DNA of 64,000 nucleotides from Candidatus Woykebacteria bacterium RBG_13_40_15 (GTDB lineage: Bacteria > Patescibacteriota > Microgenomatia > Woykebacterales > RBG-16-39-9b), in NCBI GenBank assembly GCA_001816655.1, contig MHCP01000015.1:96049-160048 (forward strand), given 5' to 3'. A program made the position numbers and the translations under genes. This document shows, piece after piece, positions 7,693 through 15,515 of the stretch; position 1 is the stretch's first letter; each line of letters opens with the position of its first letter. Below the pieces are notes generated by a model. It made no database searches. It was not told where the DNA came from and worked only from the letters and a program-made list of their open reading frames with translations.

Positions 7693-8541
7693 GTGGAAAT
7701 AAAAGAAATAGCAGCGAAAAGTGTTTTAACTCCCTCCAAACTCCCCGGAGTTGATTTTGTGGTTAATCCTTACATTAGTTGCGGTTTTGCGTGCACTTAT
7801 TGCTACGCAACTTTTATGGCAAGATATGTCGGCAAGACAGCGAACGATTGGGGAAAATTTGTTTTTGTAAAAGAAAACGCTCCCGAAGTTTTAAAAGAGG
7901 AACTAGCAAAACTAAAAAATAAAGGAGCTGGAAAAAGTATCCTTTTTAGTTCTGTCACCGATCCCTATCAAGGTGCAGAATCAAAATATAAAATTACCCA
8001 AAAGTGTCTGGAAGTTTTAGCAGATTTTGGTTTCAGTGGACAAGTTGGAATTTTAACAAAATCCAATTTAGTTTTAAGAGATGCGGATACATTTAAAAAA
8101 CTAAAAGATGTTGAGGTGGGACTGACTATTATAACAACTGATGATAAAATTTCTCGCTATTTTGAAAAATATGCACCAGCTGCAAGTTTAAGACTAGAAG
8201 CCTTGAAGAAACTAAATGAAGAGGGTATAAAAACTTACGTGTTTGTCGGACCTCTTTTGCCTCATTTTGTTGCCGAAGAAGAAAAGCTGGAAAAGCTTTT
8301 TAAAGAGATTTCCGAAACAGGAAACAAGGGGCTTTTTGTGGAACACATAAATTTGAGTAAATATATTTTGGAAAGACTGGAGAGGGAAACAAAAGATTTG
8401 GATAAAAGTACAACAGCCAAGTTTTATGAGTCAAAACAAAAACCTTACAGAGACAGACTGGATGAAATCGTTGTAAAGTTAGTTAAAAAATACAATTTGA
8501 AACTTCGATCCGGCTCCACAATCTACCATCGCGGGTCTTAA
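7693..8541 (+). CDS. Radical SAM protein, SplB-like (DNA-repair photolyase family, COG1533-like)
   Basis: CGFACTYC (CxxxCxxC) near the N-terminus. GTG start. AT-rich, host-like composition. 282 aa. Confidence 0.8.
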   Translation: MEIKEIAAKSVLTPSKLPGVDFVVNPYISCGFACTYCYATFMARYVGKTANDWGKFVFVKENAPEVLKEELAKLKNKGAGKSILFSSVTDPYQGAESKYKITQKCLEVLADFGFSGQVGILTKSNLVLRDADTFKKLKDVEVGLTIITTDDKISRYFEKYAPAASLRLEALKKLNEEGIKTYVFVGPLLPHFVAEEEKLEKLFKEISETGNKGLFVEHINLSKYILERLERETKDLDKSTTAKFYESKQKPYRDRLDEIVVKLVKKYNLKLRSGSTIYHRGS

Positions 8542-8547
8542 ATTTTC

Positions 8548-8585
8548 CCCACTAAACTTGAAGATTTATCTATTTGTAGTATAAT
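8548..8585 (+). promoter_or_regulatory. Promoter repeat copy D (diverged, TTGAAG-16-TATAAT)
   Basis: CCCCACTAAACTTGAAGATTTATCTATTTGTAGTATAAT. -35 at 8558..8563 and -10 at 8580..8585. Confidence 0.5.
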
Positions 8586-8641
8586 CTGCGCACAATCGAA
8601 TATATTGGAGAGTGCTTCGAAAAACCTTCGAGAAAGGAGGG

Positions 8642-9388
8642 ATGGTTGCCATGTTGCGCTTTCTTCAGCAGCTAACAAGGCGACTCCGAGGAAGAAGTCT
8701 AACCAAGGCCAAGCTTTGGTTGGCGCTTTTGTCCTTGGTGTTCTTGCCTCTTTTTGTGAGTGCCGAGCCTGCCTGTGAGGCGCAGAAGATCCGCGAGCGG
8801 TATGGAGTGGAGATTGTGCTCGTGGGTCAGAGCTGGAGCGAGACCAGCCTGGGCGCGGTTGACGACGCTTTGAGTCGACTTCCACCGCATGTCGTCAGCC
8901 AATTGGGTAGCCGGTTCAACGGCAGTCTGTACATACTGTGCAACACTGAGTCGCGTACCCTATCCGGTACCAGCGTCTTCTCGCACGGCGCGAACTTCTA
9001 CTCCAATAGTGACGGCCGCAACGAGCTCGTCCTCTACCCCGACCAGAGTACACCCACTGTCCTGCACGAACTAGCCCATGCCTATCAACTCCGCTTAGTT
9101 CCAGCGGGAAAGTACGCTCTGGTCTTTCGAGACGAGAAGATGAAGGACTTCATGCAAGCCACCGGTTGGCGTCTACTTAGCTCCGATGCGCAGGTGGAAA
9201 CTGCTCTTGATCAGACACAGCTAAGCTTCGCCTATGATGGTCCGACGGTCTGGCATTTCATGTCCAACAACGACCCGCTGGAGGACTACGCGAACTCGTT
9301 CGCCCTGTTCTTCTACGACCTGGAGCGTCTTCGCCAACTCTCGCCAGTGCGCTACGACTGGATCCTAGAGCACGTGGCCAGCGAGTGA
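8642..9388 (+). CDS. Secreted putative Zn-metallopeptidase-like protein (HELAH motif)
   Basis: Start is ATG 8642, after an AAAGGAGGG RBS. N-terminal hydrophobic signal-like segment. HEXXH motif (VLHELAHAYQ). GC-rich. Confidence 0.55.
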   Translation: MVAMLRFLQQLTRRLRGRSLTKAKLWLALLSLVFLPLFVSAEPACEAQKIRERYGVEIVLVGQSWSETSLGAVDDALSRLPPHVVSQLGSRFNGSLYILCNTESRTLSGTSVFSHGANFYSNSDGRNELVLYPDQSTPTVLHELAHAYQLRLVPAGKYALVFRDEKMKDFMQATGWRLLSSDAQVETALDQTQLSFAYDGPTVWHFMSNNDPLEDYANSFALFFYDLERLRQLSPVRYDWILEHVASE

Positions 9389-9427
9389 AGTTGATGACGA
9401 CGAAGTGCCGAGAATCAGTGAACAGTC

Positions 9428-9457
9428 AAAGGCCCTTGCAGCCAGCGAGGGCCCTTT
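9428..9457 (+). terminator. Possible terminator hairpin after the HEXXH gene
   Basis: AAAGGCCC-ttgcagccagcga-GGGCCCTTT, followed by a short T-run. Confidence 0.35.
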
Positions 9458-9465
9458 CTAATTCC

Positions 9466-9502
9466 CCAAAACTTGAAATTTCTATAAGTCATACATTATA
9501 AT
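9466..9502 (+). promoter_or_regulatory. Promoter repeat copy E (TTGAAA-18-TATAAT)
   Basis: -35 at 9473..9478 and -10 at 9497..9502. Its downstream leader shares GAAAGGAGGGATGG with copy D's leader. Confidence 0.6.
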
Positions 9503-9569
9503 TCCACCACAATTGAATATCGCGGACGGTGTCCTCCGAGAAATCGAAGGGCTTTCAAAGAAAGGAGGG

Positions 9570-10562
9570 ATGGCCGAGATGGCTACCCGACTGCCTCAAA
9601 AAGGGATGGCACCTGGTGCTACCCGAGGCAAACCTGTTACCCTTGAGCAGGTTCTCGATCTGTTGGAACGATTGAAGGGGAAGAAGTTCGGGTTAAGGGA
9701 GTTTCAGAGACTCATTGAGTCGTTCGATGTCCTCGCTCTTATTGGGAGCGGAGAACTGACGAGGGAGACGTTGCGCCTTATCCTTACCCCTAATGAGGGC
9801 TGGGCCGCTGGCGAACTTCAAAGGATGCTGAGTTCCTACTTCCCTTTCTGGAATGAGGAAATTGAGTCCTCACAAGGCTATCCCGATGGTTACCGATTCA
9901 AGTCTGCAGCCGGGAAGCTGCTAGCCTTGCAGAGTCTTCACCTTCTCGGTACCGATGACTATGGCAGCCACGTAAAAGAGCTAGCCACCCACTACGCTCG
10001 CAACATGCCTAAGGGAGCCGAGGAGCTTTTAGTTTGCCCGAAACCCTCAAGGGCGAAGGAGTGGGGGTTAACTTACTCCTACAACCTACCCTTAAGTAGT
10101 GCGTTGATAATCCTAGACAGGGCCATAAAGCCAAGGTTCCAAAACTGGTGGAAAGATGAGCAGCTTGGCGACACCGAGATGCTAAGACTCACCGACAAAA
10201 CTGCAGCAGCGCTCGACAAGCTGGAGGCGGAAACACCAGGAGACTACCTAGTCATTCCTGTCCAGATGGGGATGAGGCACCGTGGCAGAAGCGCTCGTAG
10301 AGCTGTAGCCTGCTTCGCCGAAAACGAGTTCGGTCTCGGTCCTCTCGAAGTCGCCTACTACCTTGCTAGCTGTCCCGAGCGGTTCGTCATGTGGTACGAT
10401 CTAGGGATTATCTGCGCAGGTGCCGAATGCAAAGATAGTCCTAAGGGGGAGTTCGACGGTTGCCCAGCCTTCAACGAGCACCAGGATAGGATCAATCTTC
10501 GCTACCGCCGAGCTGACGAGTACAGTGATTTGTATGGGGTGGCGACCGGCTTCCTGTCGTAG
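9570..10562 (+). CDS. Hypothetical protein (GC-rich orphan, 330 aa)
   Basis: Start is ATG 9570 after an AAAGGAGGG RBS. No recognisable domain. Cys-rich C-terminus. Confidence 0.5.
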   Translation: MAEMATRLPQKGMAPGATRGKPVTLEQVLDLLERLKGKKFGLREFQRLIESFDVLALIGSGELTRETLRLILTPNEGWAAGELQRMLSSYFPFWNEEIESSQGYPDGYRFKSAAGKLLALQSLHLLGTDDYGSHVKELATHYARNMPKGAEELLVCPKPSRAKEWGLTYSYNLPLSSALIILDRAIKPRFQNWWKDEQLGDTEMLRLTDKTAAALDKLEAETPGDYLVIPVQMGMRHRGRSARRAVACFAENEFGLGPLEVAYYLASCPERFVMWYDLGIICAGAECKDSPKGEFDGCPAFNEHQDRINLRYRRADEYSDLYGVATGFLS

Positions 10563-10594
10563 CTCATCCACCTTCTAACCACAGTTGTTAACAA

Positions 10595-10632
10595 GGCGCC
10601 CGACTCTAACCCAGTCGGGCGCTACCATTTCT
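10595..10632 (+). terminator. Intrinsic terminator at the right end of the island
   Basis: Perfect 9-10 bp stem GGCGCCCGAC / GTCGGGCGC with a 9-nt loop, then TACCATTTCT. Confidence 0.5.
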
Positions 10633-10681
10633 AATACTATTAGCAAATTTTGGTTGAATCTGCTAAAATTCATCACTAGTT

Positions 10682-10834
10682 ATGGCTGAAAAACGTGATT
10701 ACTACCAAATCTTAGGCGTAGGAAAAACAGCCTCCGCCGATGAAATAGCATCCTTTGTATGCGAAAAAGACATTCGTATTTTTCGCGTACTCCCGGATGC
10801 TGCGATTAAGCATAGGCTACGCCTATTAGCTTAA
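10682..10834 (+). pseudogene. Diverged duplicate of the dnaJ 5' end (J-domain start), remnant ORF
   Basis: Encodes MAEKRDYYQILGVGKTASADEI, then unrelated sequence. Compare dnaJ MAKRDYYEVLGVSKTASADDI 190 nt downstream. Confidence 0.5.
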
Positions 10835-10869
10835 TCTTTAAAAAAGCTTATTATTTTGATTAACTATTT

Positions 10870-11964
10870 ATGGCAAAAAGAGATTACTACGAAGTGCTAG
10901 GGGTTTCGAAAACCGCTAGTGCTGACGACATAAAGAAAGCATACAGAGGTATGGCACGGAAGCATCATCCGGATGTGGATAAAACAGCTGGTGCAGAAGG
11001 ACGGTTTAAAGAAATAAACGAAGCCTACCAAGTTTTGTCTGACGCCCAAAAGCGGGAGGCTTATGACCGCTTTGGCCACGCTGCTTTTCAAGCGGGTGGC
11101 GCTCAAGGACAGCCGGGTGGCGGTTTTCAATATCAGTACGGACCTGGAGTTTCTTTTGATTTTGATTTCGGGGGTTTCCGAGACCCATTTGATATTTTTG
11201 AAGAATTTTTTGGATCGAGATCTCCTTTTGGTAGACAAAGTAGGCGAGGCCCGGCACGTGGGCAAGATCTTCATTTTGAAATTACCCTACCTTTTGAAAA
11301 CGCTGCTTTTGGGGTGACACGAAATATAGAAATTCCCCGACGCGAAACTTGTTCGGAATGCAGCGGTAGCGGCGCAGCAAAAGGAAGTAAGCCAGTTACT
11401 TGCCCAGCCTGCAGAGGTTCGGGACGAGTGAGCAACCAGACACAGTCTATTTTCGGCGCTTTTATGACGATGTCTCCTTGCCCAACCTGTAGGGGTGAGG
11501 GGACAGTAATCCTCAAGAAATGCCCAAAATGCAAAGGTAGTGGAATAGTGCGCGGAATCAAAGAAACCCAAATTAAAATCCCGGCTGGTGTCGATGACGG
11601 CGACACTATCCGTTTCCAGAGGCTTGGTGAAGCCGGCGAAAAAGGCGGTGAGTACGGAGACCTTTATTTAACTATCAGAGTTCTCCCTCACAAATTTTTG
11701 AAAAGAGCCGGTTTCGATGTTTATTACGAACAACCAATTTCTTTTACTCAAGCAGCACTTGGTGATGTAATAGAAGTACCGACGCTGGACGGAAAAGTAA
11801 ATTTGAAAATCCCAGAAGGAATTCAGACTGGAACGGAACTGCGGTTAAAAGAAAGAGGAATTGTGCATGGACAGTCCCGCGGCGATCAATACGTTAGAGT
11901 AAAAGTGGTAACCCCTAAACACCTTTCCGCTCGGCAGAAGGAAGCTTTAGAAGAGTTGAAATAG
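10870..11964 (+). CDS. dnaJ: Chaperone DnaJ
   Basis: J-domain with HPD. G/F-rich region. Four CxxCxGxG zinc-finger repeats. C-terminal domains. Confidence 0.95.
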   Translation: MAKRDYYEVLGVSKTASADDIKKAYRGMARKHHPDVDKTAGAEGRFKEINEAYQVLSDAQKREAYDRFGHAAFQAGGAQGQPGGGFQYQYGPGVSFDFDFGGFRDPFDIFEEFFGSRSPFGRQSRRGPARGQDLHFEITLPFENAAFGVTRNIEIPRRETCSECSGSGAAKGSKPVTCPACRGSGRVSNQTQSIFGAFMTMSPCPTCRGEGTVILKKCPKCKGSGIVRGIKETQIKIPAGVDDGDTIRFQRLGEAGEKGGEYGDLYLTIRVLPHKFLKRAGFDVYYEQPISFTQAALGDVIEVPTLDGKVNLKIPEGIQTGTELRLKERGIVHGQSRGDQYVRVKVVTPKHLSARQKEALEELK

Positions 11965-12510
11965 GATTCTTCGAATCCTGCGCTATTTCTAGCTAAGGAT
12001 TTTCCATACTTTTGAAATTTTTGAGCTTCTCAATTCCTCAAGTATTCCCAAATCCTGCGCTAGACATCTTATGCTTAGCTAAAAGTGAACAAATAGAACA
12101 GGGGCGAGCTCTCGTCGTGATTCACCGCGGACATCACAACTAAAGAGACTCGCCCCCTGACCAACTGGTCGTACTCCTCGGCCGAGATGCCTTATAAGCA
12201 CGACTAGTTGATCTCTTGTGCGGCGCCGATCATGGCCACGCGAAGACCTCGCTAGCTATTAGGAGGAGGCTAGCCCCAAACCAGCGCCGCCCTCTATTCC
12301 GATTTCTTCCGGGGTGGGGGTGGTGCCAGCAAAAGGAGGTTCTTAGCTGACCGTTCCCCTTTTTCTACCGGGTGAGGTCTTCCATGCGGTTGTAAGCTGG
12401 AAGGAGGTAAGGCCTAAGAGCTCGTAGCCGCGGGAAGTGCCAGCACCACCCCATACCCCAATCGGGATTGCTCGCTTTTATTCCAAAACAGACCAAAAGG
12501 CCTGGGTCTC
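11965..12510. other. GC-rich ORF-free structured region (candidate ncRNA of unknown identity, or decayed foreign DNA)
   Basis: About 550 bp, much more GC-rich than the flanks. No ORF of 60 aa or more. Nested inverted repeats such as GGGGCGAG..CTCGCCCC, and direct repeats of AATCCTGCGCTA. Confidence 0.3.
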
Positions 12511-12513
12511 TCC

Positions 12514-12589
12514 GGTTTCTCGGGAGGGACTCGAACCCCAACCTAAGTGGCTAACAGCCACTGGCTCTTCCAATTGAGCTACCCGAGAA
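12514..12589 (-). tRNA. tRNA-Asn (anticodon GTT)
   Basis: Minus-strand cloverleaf TCTCGGG-TA-GCTC..GAGC-C-AGTGG-CTGTTAG-CCACT..TTCGAGT..CCCGAGA. The T-stem and acceptor junction is one nt off canonical. Confidence 0.6.
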
Positions 12590-12715
12590 TCCCTTCCGGT
12601 TTTTATTTTATTTACTACTCGGTTTATTGTCAACTTTAGCGGGACTTAAAGTGGAGCAGGGTTGACCAGAAAATACTTTAGTGCTACTATTGGCGTATAA
12701 TTTTAGAGACTTACC

Positions 12716-12748
12716 AAAAGTGGGAATAAAATCCCACTTTTACTTTAG
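12716..12748. terminator. Bidirectional intrinsic terminator upstream of nusA
   Basis: Perfect 10-bp stem AAAAGTGGGA-ataaaa-TCCCACTTTT, flanked by A and T runs. Confidence 0.5.
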
Positions 12749-12807
12749 TAGGAAGGTGACAAGTAACAGGTAACAAGTTGCCAAGAGATTTTTAAAAATA
12801 ACTTGTT

Positions 12808-13905
12808 ATGCGACTGAAAGGAGCTAATTTGGCACCAAGAACAGAGTTTGCTTCTGCCTTAAATCAAGCCGCAGCTGAACGCGGGGTAGAACCCGAAGAC
12901 GTCTTAAACATAATTAAAGACGCGATAAAAGCTGCTTACAGAAAAGATTACGGTGGCAAAGAAGAAGACGAAATCGAAGTAGAACTGGATGCGGAATCTG
13001 GTGGAGCAAAGATCCATATTGATAAAAAAGATGTTACCCCTCCTGGTTTTGGCCGAATTGCCGCACAAACAGCAAAACAAGTGATTTTGCAAAGAATCCG
13101 CGAAGCTGAAAAAAGTGCAATTTTTTCCGAATACGAAAAAAGAATCGGCAGTGTTGTAAATGGCATGGTCCAAAGACTAGAAGGGCCAAATCTTGTTGTC
13201 GACATAGGTAAAACCGAAGCTATACTGCCCGCAACAGAAAAATCCTCAGGTGAAGATTATCGTCTAACCCAAAGATTGAAACTTTATATTCTTGGAATTC
13301 GCGAGGGAGCGAGGGGCCAAGAAATCATCGTCTCACGTGCCCACAGGGGATTGGTTGAAGGCCTCTTCAAATTAGAAGTTCCAGAAATTGGTAGTGGTGT
13401 TGTCGAAATAAAAGGAATTGCCAGGGAGGCTGGGAGCAGGAGCAAAGTTGCAGTAAGTAGCCGCCAGGCGGGAGTAGATCCAGTTGGTAGCTGTGTTGGG
13501 CAAAAAGGAGTAAGGGTGCAGGCTGTTATTGCGGAACTTGGGGCGGAAAAAATAGATGTAATTGCTTACAGCGATGAACCAGCAAAATTTGTTGCTGCTG
13601 CGCTTTCTCCCGCTAAAGTTGAAAAAGTAAGTGTGGACGAAGAAACAAAAACGGCTTATGTCGAGGTACCCGAAGATCAACTTTCCCTAGCAATTGGAAA
13701 AGATGGGCAAAATGTTCGCTTATCTGCAAAGCTTACTGGTTGGCGGATAGACATTAAGGGAGCAGACAAAATTCAAGAGCCCGAGGAAGAAGAAAAGACC
13801 AAAGATAAAAAGCCTAAAACTAAGGAAAAAAAGCAAGTTAAGAAAGCAATTAAAAAAACAAAGAGAGTAACAAAGAAAAAGGCAAAGAAAGAAGAAAGTA
13901 CTTAA
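12808..13905 (+). CDS. nusA: Transcription termination/antitermination factor NusA
   Basis: NusA N-terminal domain, S1 and two KH domains, lysine-rich tail. The true start may be TTG 12829, after the GGAGC RBS. Confidence 0.85.
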   Translation: MRLKGANLAPRTEFASALNQAAAERGVEPEDVLNIIKDAIKAAYRKDYGGKEEDEIEVELDAESGGAKIHIDKKDVTPPGFGRIAAQTAKQVILQRIREAEKSAIFSEYEKRIGSVVNGMVQRLEGPNLVVDIGKTEAILPATEKSSGEDYRLTQRLKLYILGIREGARGQEIIVSRAHRGLVEGLFKLEVPEIGSGVVEIKGIAREAGSRSKVAVSSRQAGVDPVGSCVGQKGVRVQAVIAELGAEKIDVIAYSDEPAKFVAAALSPAKVEKVSVDEETKTAYVEVPEDQLSLAIGKDGQNVRLSAKLTGWRIDIKGADKIQEPEEEEKTKDKKPKTKEKKQVKKAIKKTKRVTKKKAKKEEST

Positions 13906-13944
13906 AGCTTACCCAATGGTAATTTTTAAAGCGTCAATTTATTT

Positions 13945-15423
13945 ATGGCAAAAAATGAAAAACGAGTTACCCAAATTAAGACCAACACAAGACCACCGGT
14001 GGTGGCAATTCTTGGCCATGTAGACCACGGCAAAACTACTCTCCTTGATTACATTCGCAAAACTCACGTCGCTGAAAAAGAAGAAGGCGGCATTACCCAA
14101 CACATTGGTGCTTACCAAATAGAGTACAAAGGAAGAAAAATTACTTTTATTGATACTCCAGGGCACGAGGCTTTTTCCGCAATGCGAGCTCGGGGGGGTC
14201 AGGTTTCAGATCTAGCAGTTTTGATAGTTGCTGCAGATGATGGTGTGATGCCCCAAACGAAAGAAAGTATAGCCCATATAAAGGCTGCAAATATTCCTTT
14301 TATCGTGGCAATAAATAAGATGGATATGCCGGGGGCAAATGTTGAAAGAGTAAAAAAAGAGCTTAGCAAAGAAGAGGTTTTTGTAGAAGGATACGGCGGA
14401 GATGTTGTTATTGTCCCAATTTCAGCAAAGACTGGGCAAGGTGTGGATGAACTTTTAGAAATGATTGATTTGGTTGCCGATTTAGCCGAATTAAAAAAAG
14501 AGGAAGGAAAACCTTTTGAAGGGGTCGTCATCGAGTCAAGATTGGATAAATCTCGTGGGCCAATCGCATCAATATTGGTGAAAAAGGGAGTTTTAAAATA
14601 TGGAGATACTGTTTTTACTAAAACTGCGAGTGGAAAGGTTAAGAGCCTTACTGATTCGCTAGGGTCTCGTTTGATAGCCGTGGAAATCTCCACACCAATT
14701 GAAGTTTTGGGCTTTACAAAGGTACCAAAAGTAGGAGAAATCGTTAAAAGTTTTCCCGAAGAATATAAAGAGGAAGGTAAAGAAACAAAACAAGTTTTAA
14801 GTAAAACAAACTTACCACAACTTTCGGAAGATGAAATCCGTTTGATAATTAAAGCTGATGTGATGGGGTCTCTAGAGGCAATCACCAATTCATTAGAGTC
14901 CTTAAAAGACGAGGATCAAAAAATTAAGATTTTCTACGCTGAGACAGGGGACATTTCCGAAAGTGATGTTCTTTTGGCGGCAGCAATAAAAGCAATAATC
15001 ATCGGTTTCAATGTTGGAATTAATTCTTCGGCCGAAAGGCTGGCGAGTGAAGAGAAAGTGTTGATAAGAAATTACAAACTAATTTATGAACTACTCGAGG
15101 AGTTAAAGGAAGGCCTTCACGCTTTGAGCGAGAAGAAGGTGGAGGAGGAAGTGTTTGGAAAAGCAGAAATCATTGCTCTTTTCAAAATCGATTCAACTCG
15201 TATAGCTGGCTGCAGGGTGGTTGAAGGAAGAATAAACCGCGACGATACAATAGTTTTAAAGCGGGGAGAAAAAGAATTAGGGAGAGCTAAAATAGTTTCA
15301 ATGAAGCATCGGGAAAGCGATATAAACGAGGCTAATGTCGGTGACGAATTTGGGTTGGTGCTTGAAAAAGACCTACCATTTGCAAAAGGTGATATAATTT
15401 TCGCTACTATAAGCTCCTCGTGA
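13945..15423 (+). CDS. infB: Translation initiation factor IF-2 (compact form, 492 aa)
   Basis: GTPase motifs [13 protein letters not shown] and NKMD. IF-2 domains II and C1/C2. Lacks the long N-terminal region. Confidence 0.9.
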   Translation: MAKNEKRVTQIKTNTRPPVVAILGHVDHGKTTLLDYIRKTHVAEKEEGGITQHIGAYQIEYKGRKITFIDTPGHEAFSAMRARGGQVSDLAVLIVAADDGVMPQTKESIAHIKAANIPFIVAINKMDMPGANVERVKKELSKEEVFVEGYGGDVVIVPISAKTGQGVDELLEMIDLVADLAELKKEEGKPFEGVVIESRLDKSRGPIASILVKKGVLKYGDTVFTKTASGKVKSLTDSLGSRLIAVEISTPIEVLGFTKVPKVGEIVKSFPEEYKEEGKETKQVLSKTNLPQLSEDEIRLIIKADVMGSLEAITNSLESLKDEDQKIKIFYAETGDISESDVLLAAAIKAIIIGFNVGINSSAERLASEEKVLIRNYKLIYELLEELKEGLHALSEKKVEEEVFGKAEIIALFKIDSTRIAGCRVVEGRINRDDTIVLKRGEKELGRAKIVSMKHRESDINEANVGDEFGLVLEKDLPFAKGDIIFATISSS

Positions 15424-15515
15424 TTAATATCTTCTACTGAAGATTACTCACTGCGGAGATTGCGTTCAAGAATAGCTTAACAGCTATCGACTTGAGCTAG
15501 AGTTAATTTATAAAT

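Noticed and set aside
8538-8902. Minus-strand ORFs 8538..8885 and 8699..8902 in the GC-rich cassette
   Set aside because: They are antisense to the better-supported plus-strand HEXXH gene (which has an RBS, a signal-like segment and a motif). GC-rich DNA generates long spurious reverse frames.
3988-9502. Whether the five promoter repeats are a CRISPR array
   Set aside because: Repeat spacing is irregular (about 850-2700 bp), the intervening sequences are full-length protein-coding genes, the repeats contain -35/-10 hexamers, and there are no cas genes.
11965-12510. Tentative identification of the GC-rich region as RNase P RNA, tmRNA or SRP RNA
   Set aside because: The diagnostic motifs I could recall were not found on either strand by eye: the GGAAAGTCCGGGC P4 segment, a tmRNA tRNA-like 3' end with ALAA-type tag ORF, and the SRP GGAAGCAGCC motif. 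Left as unidentified pending a covariance-model search.
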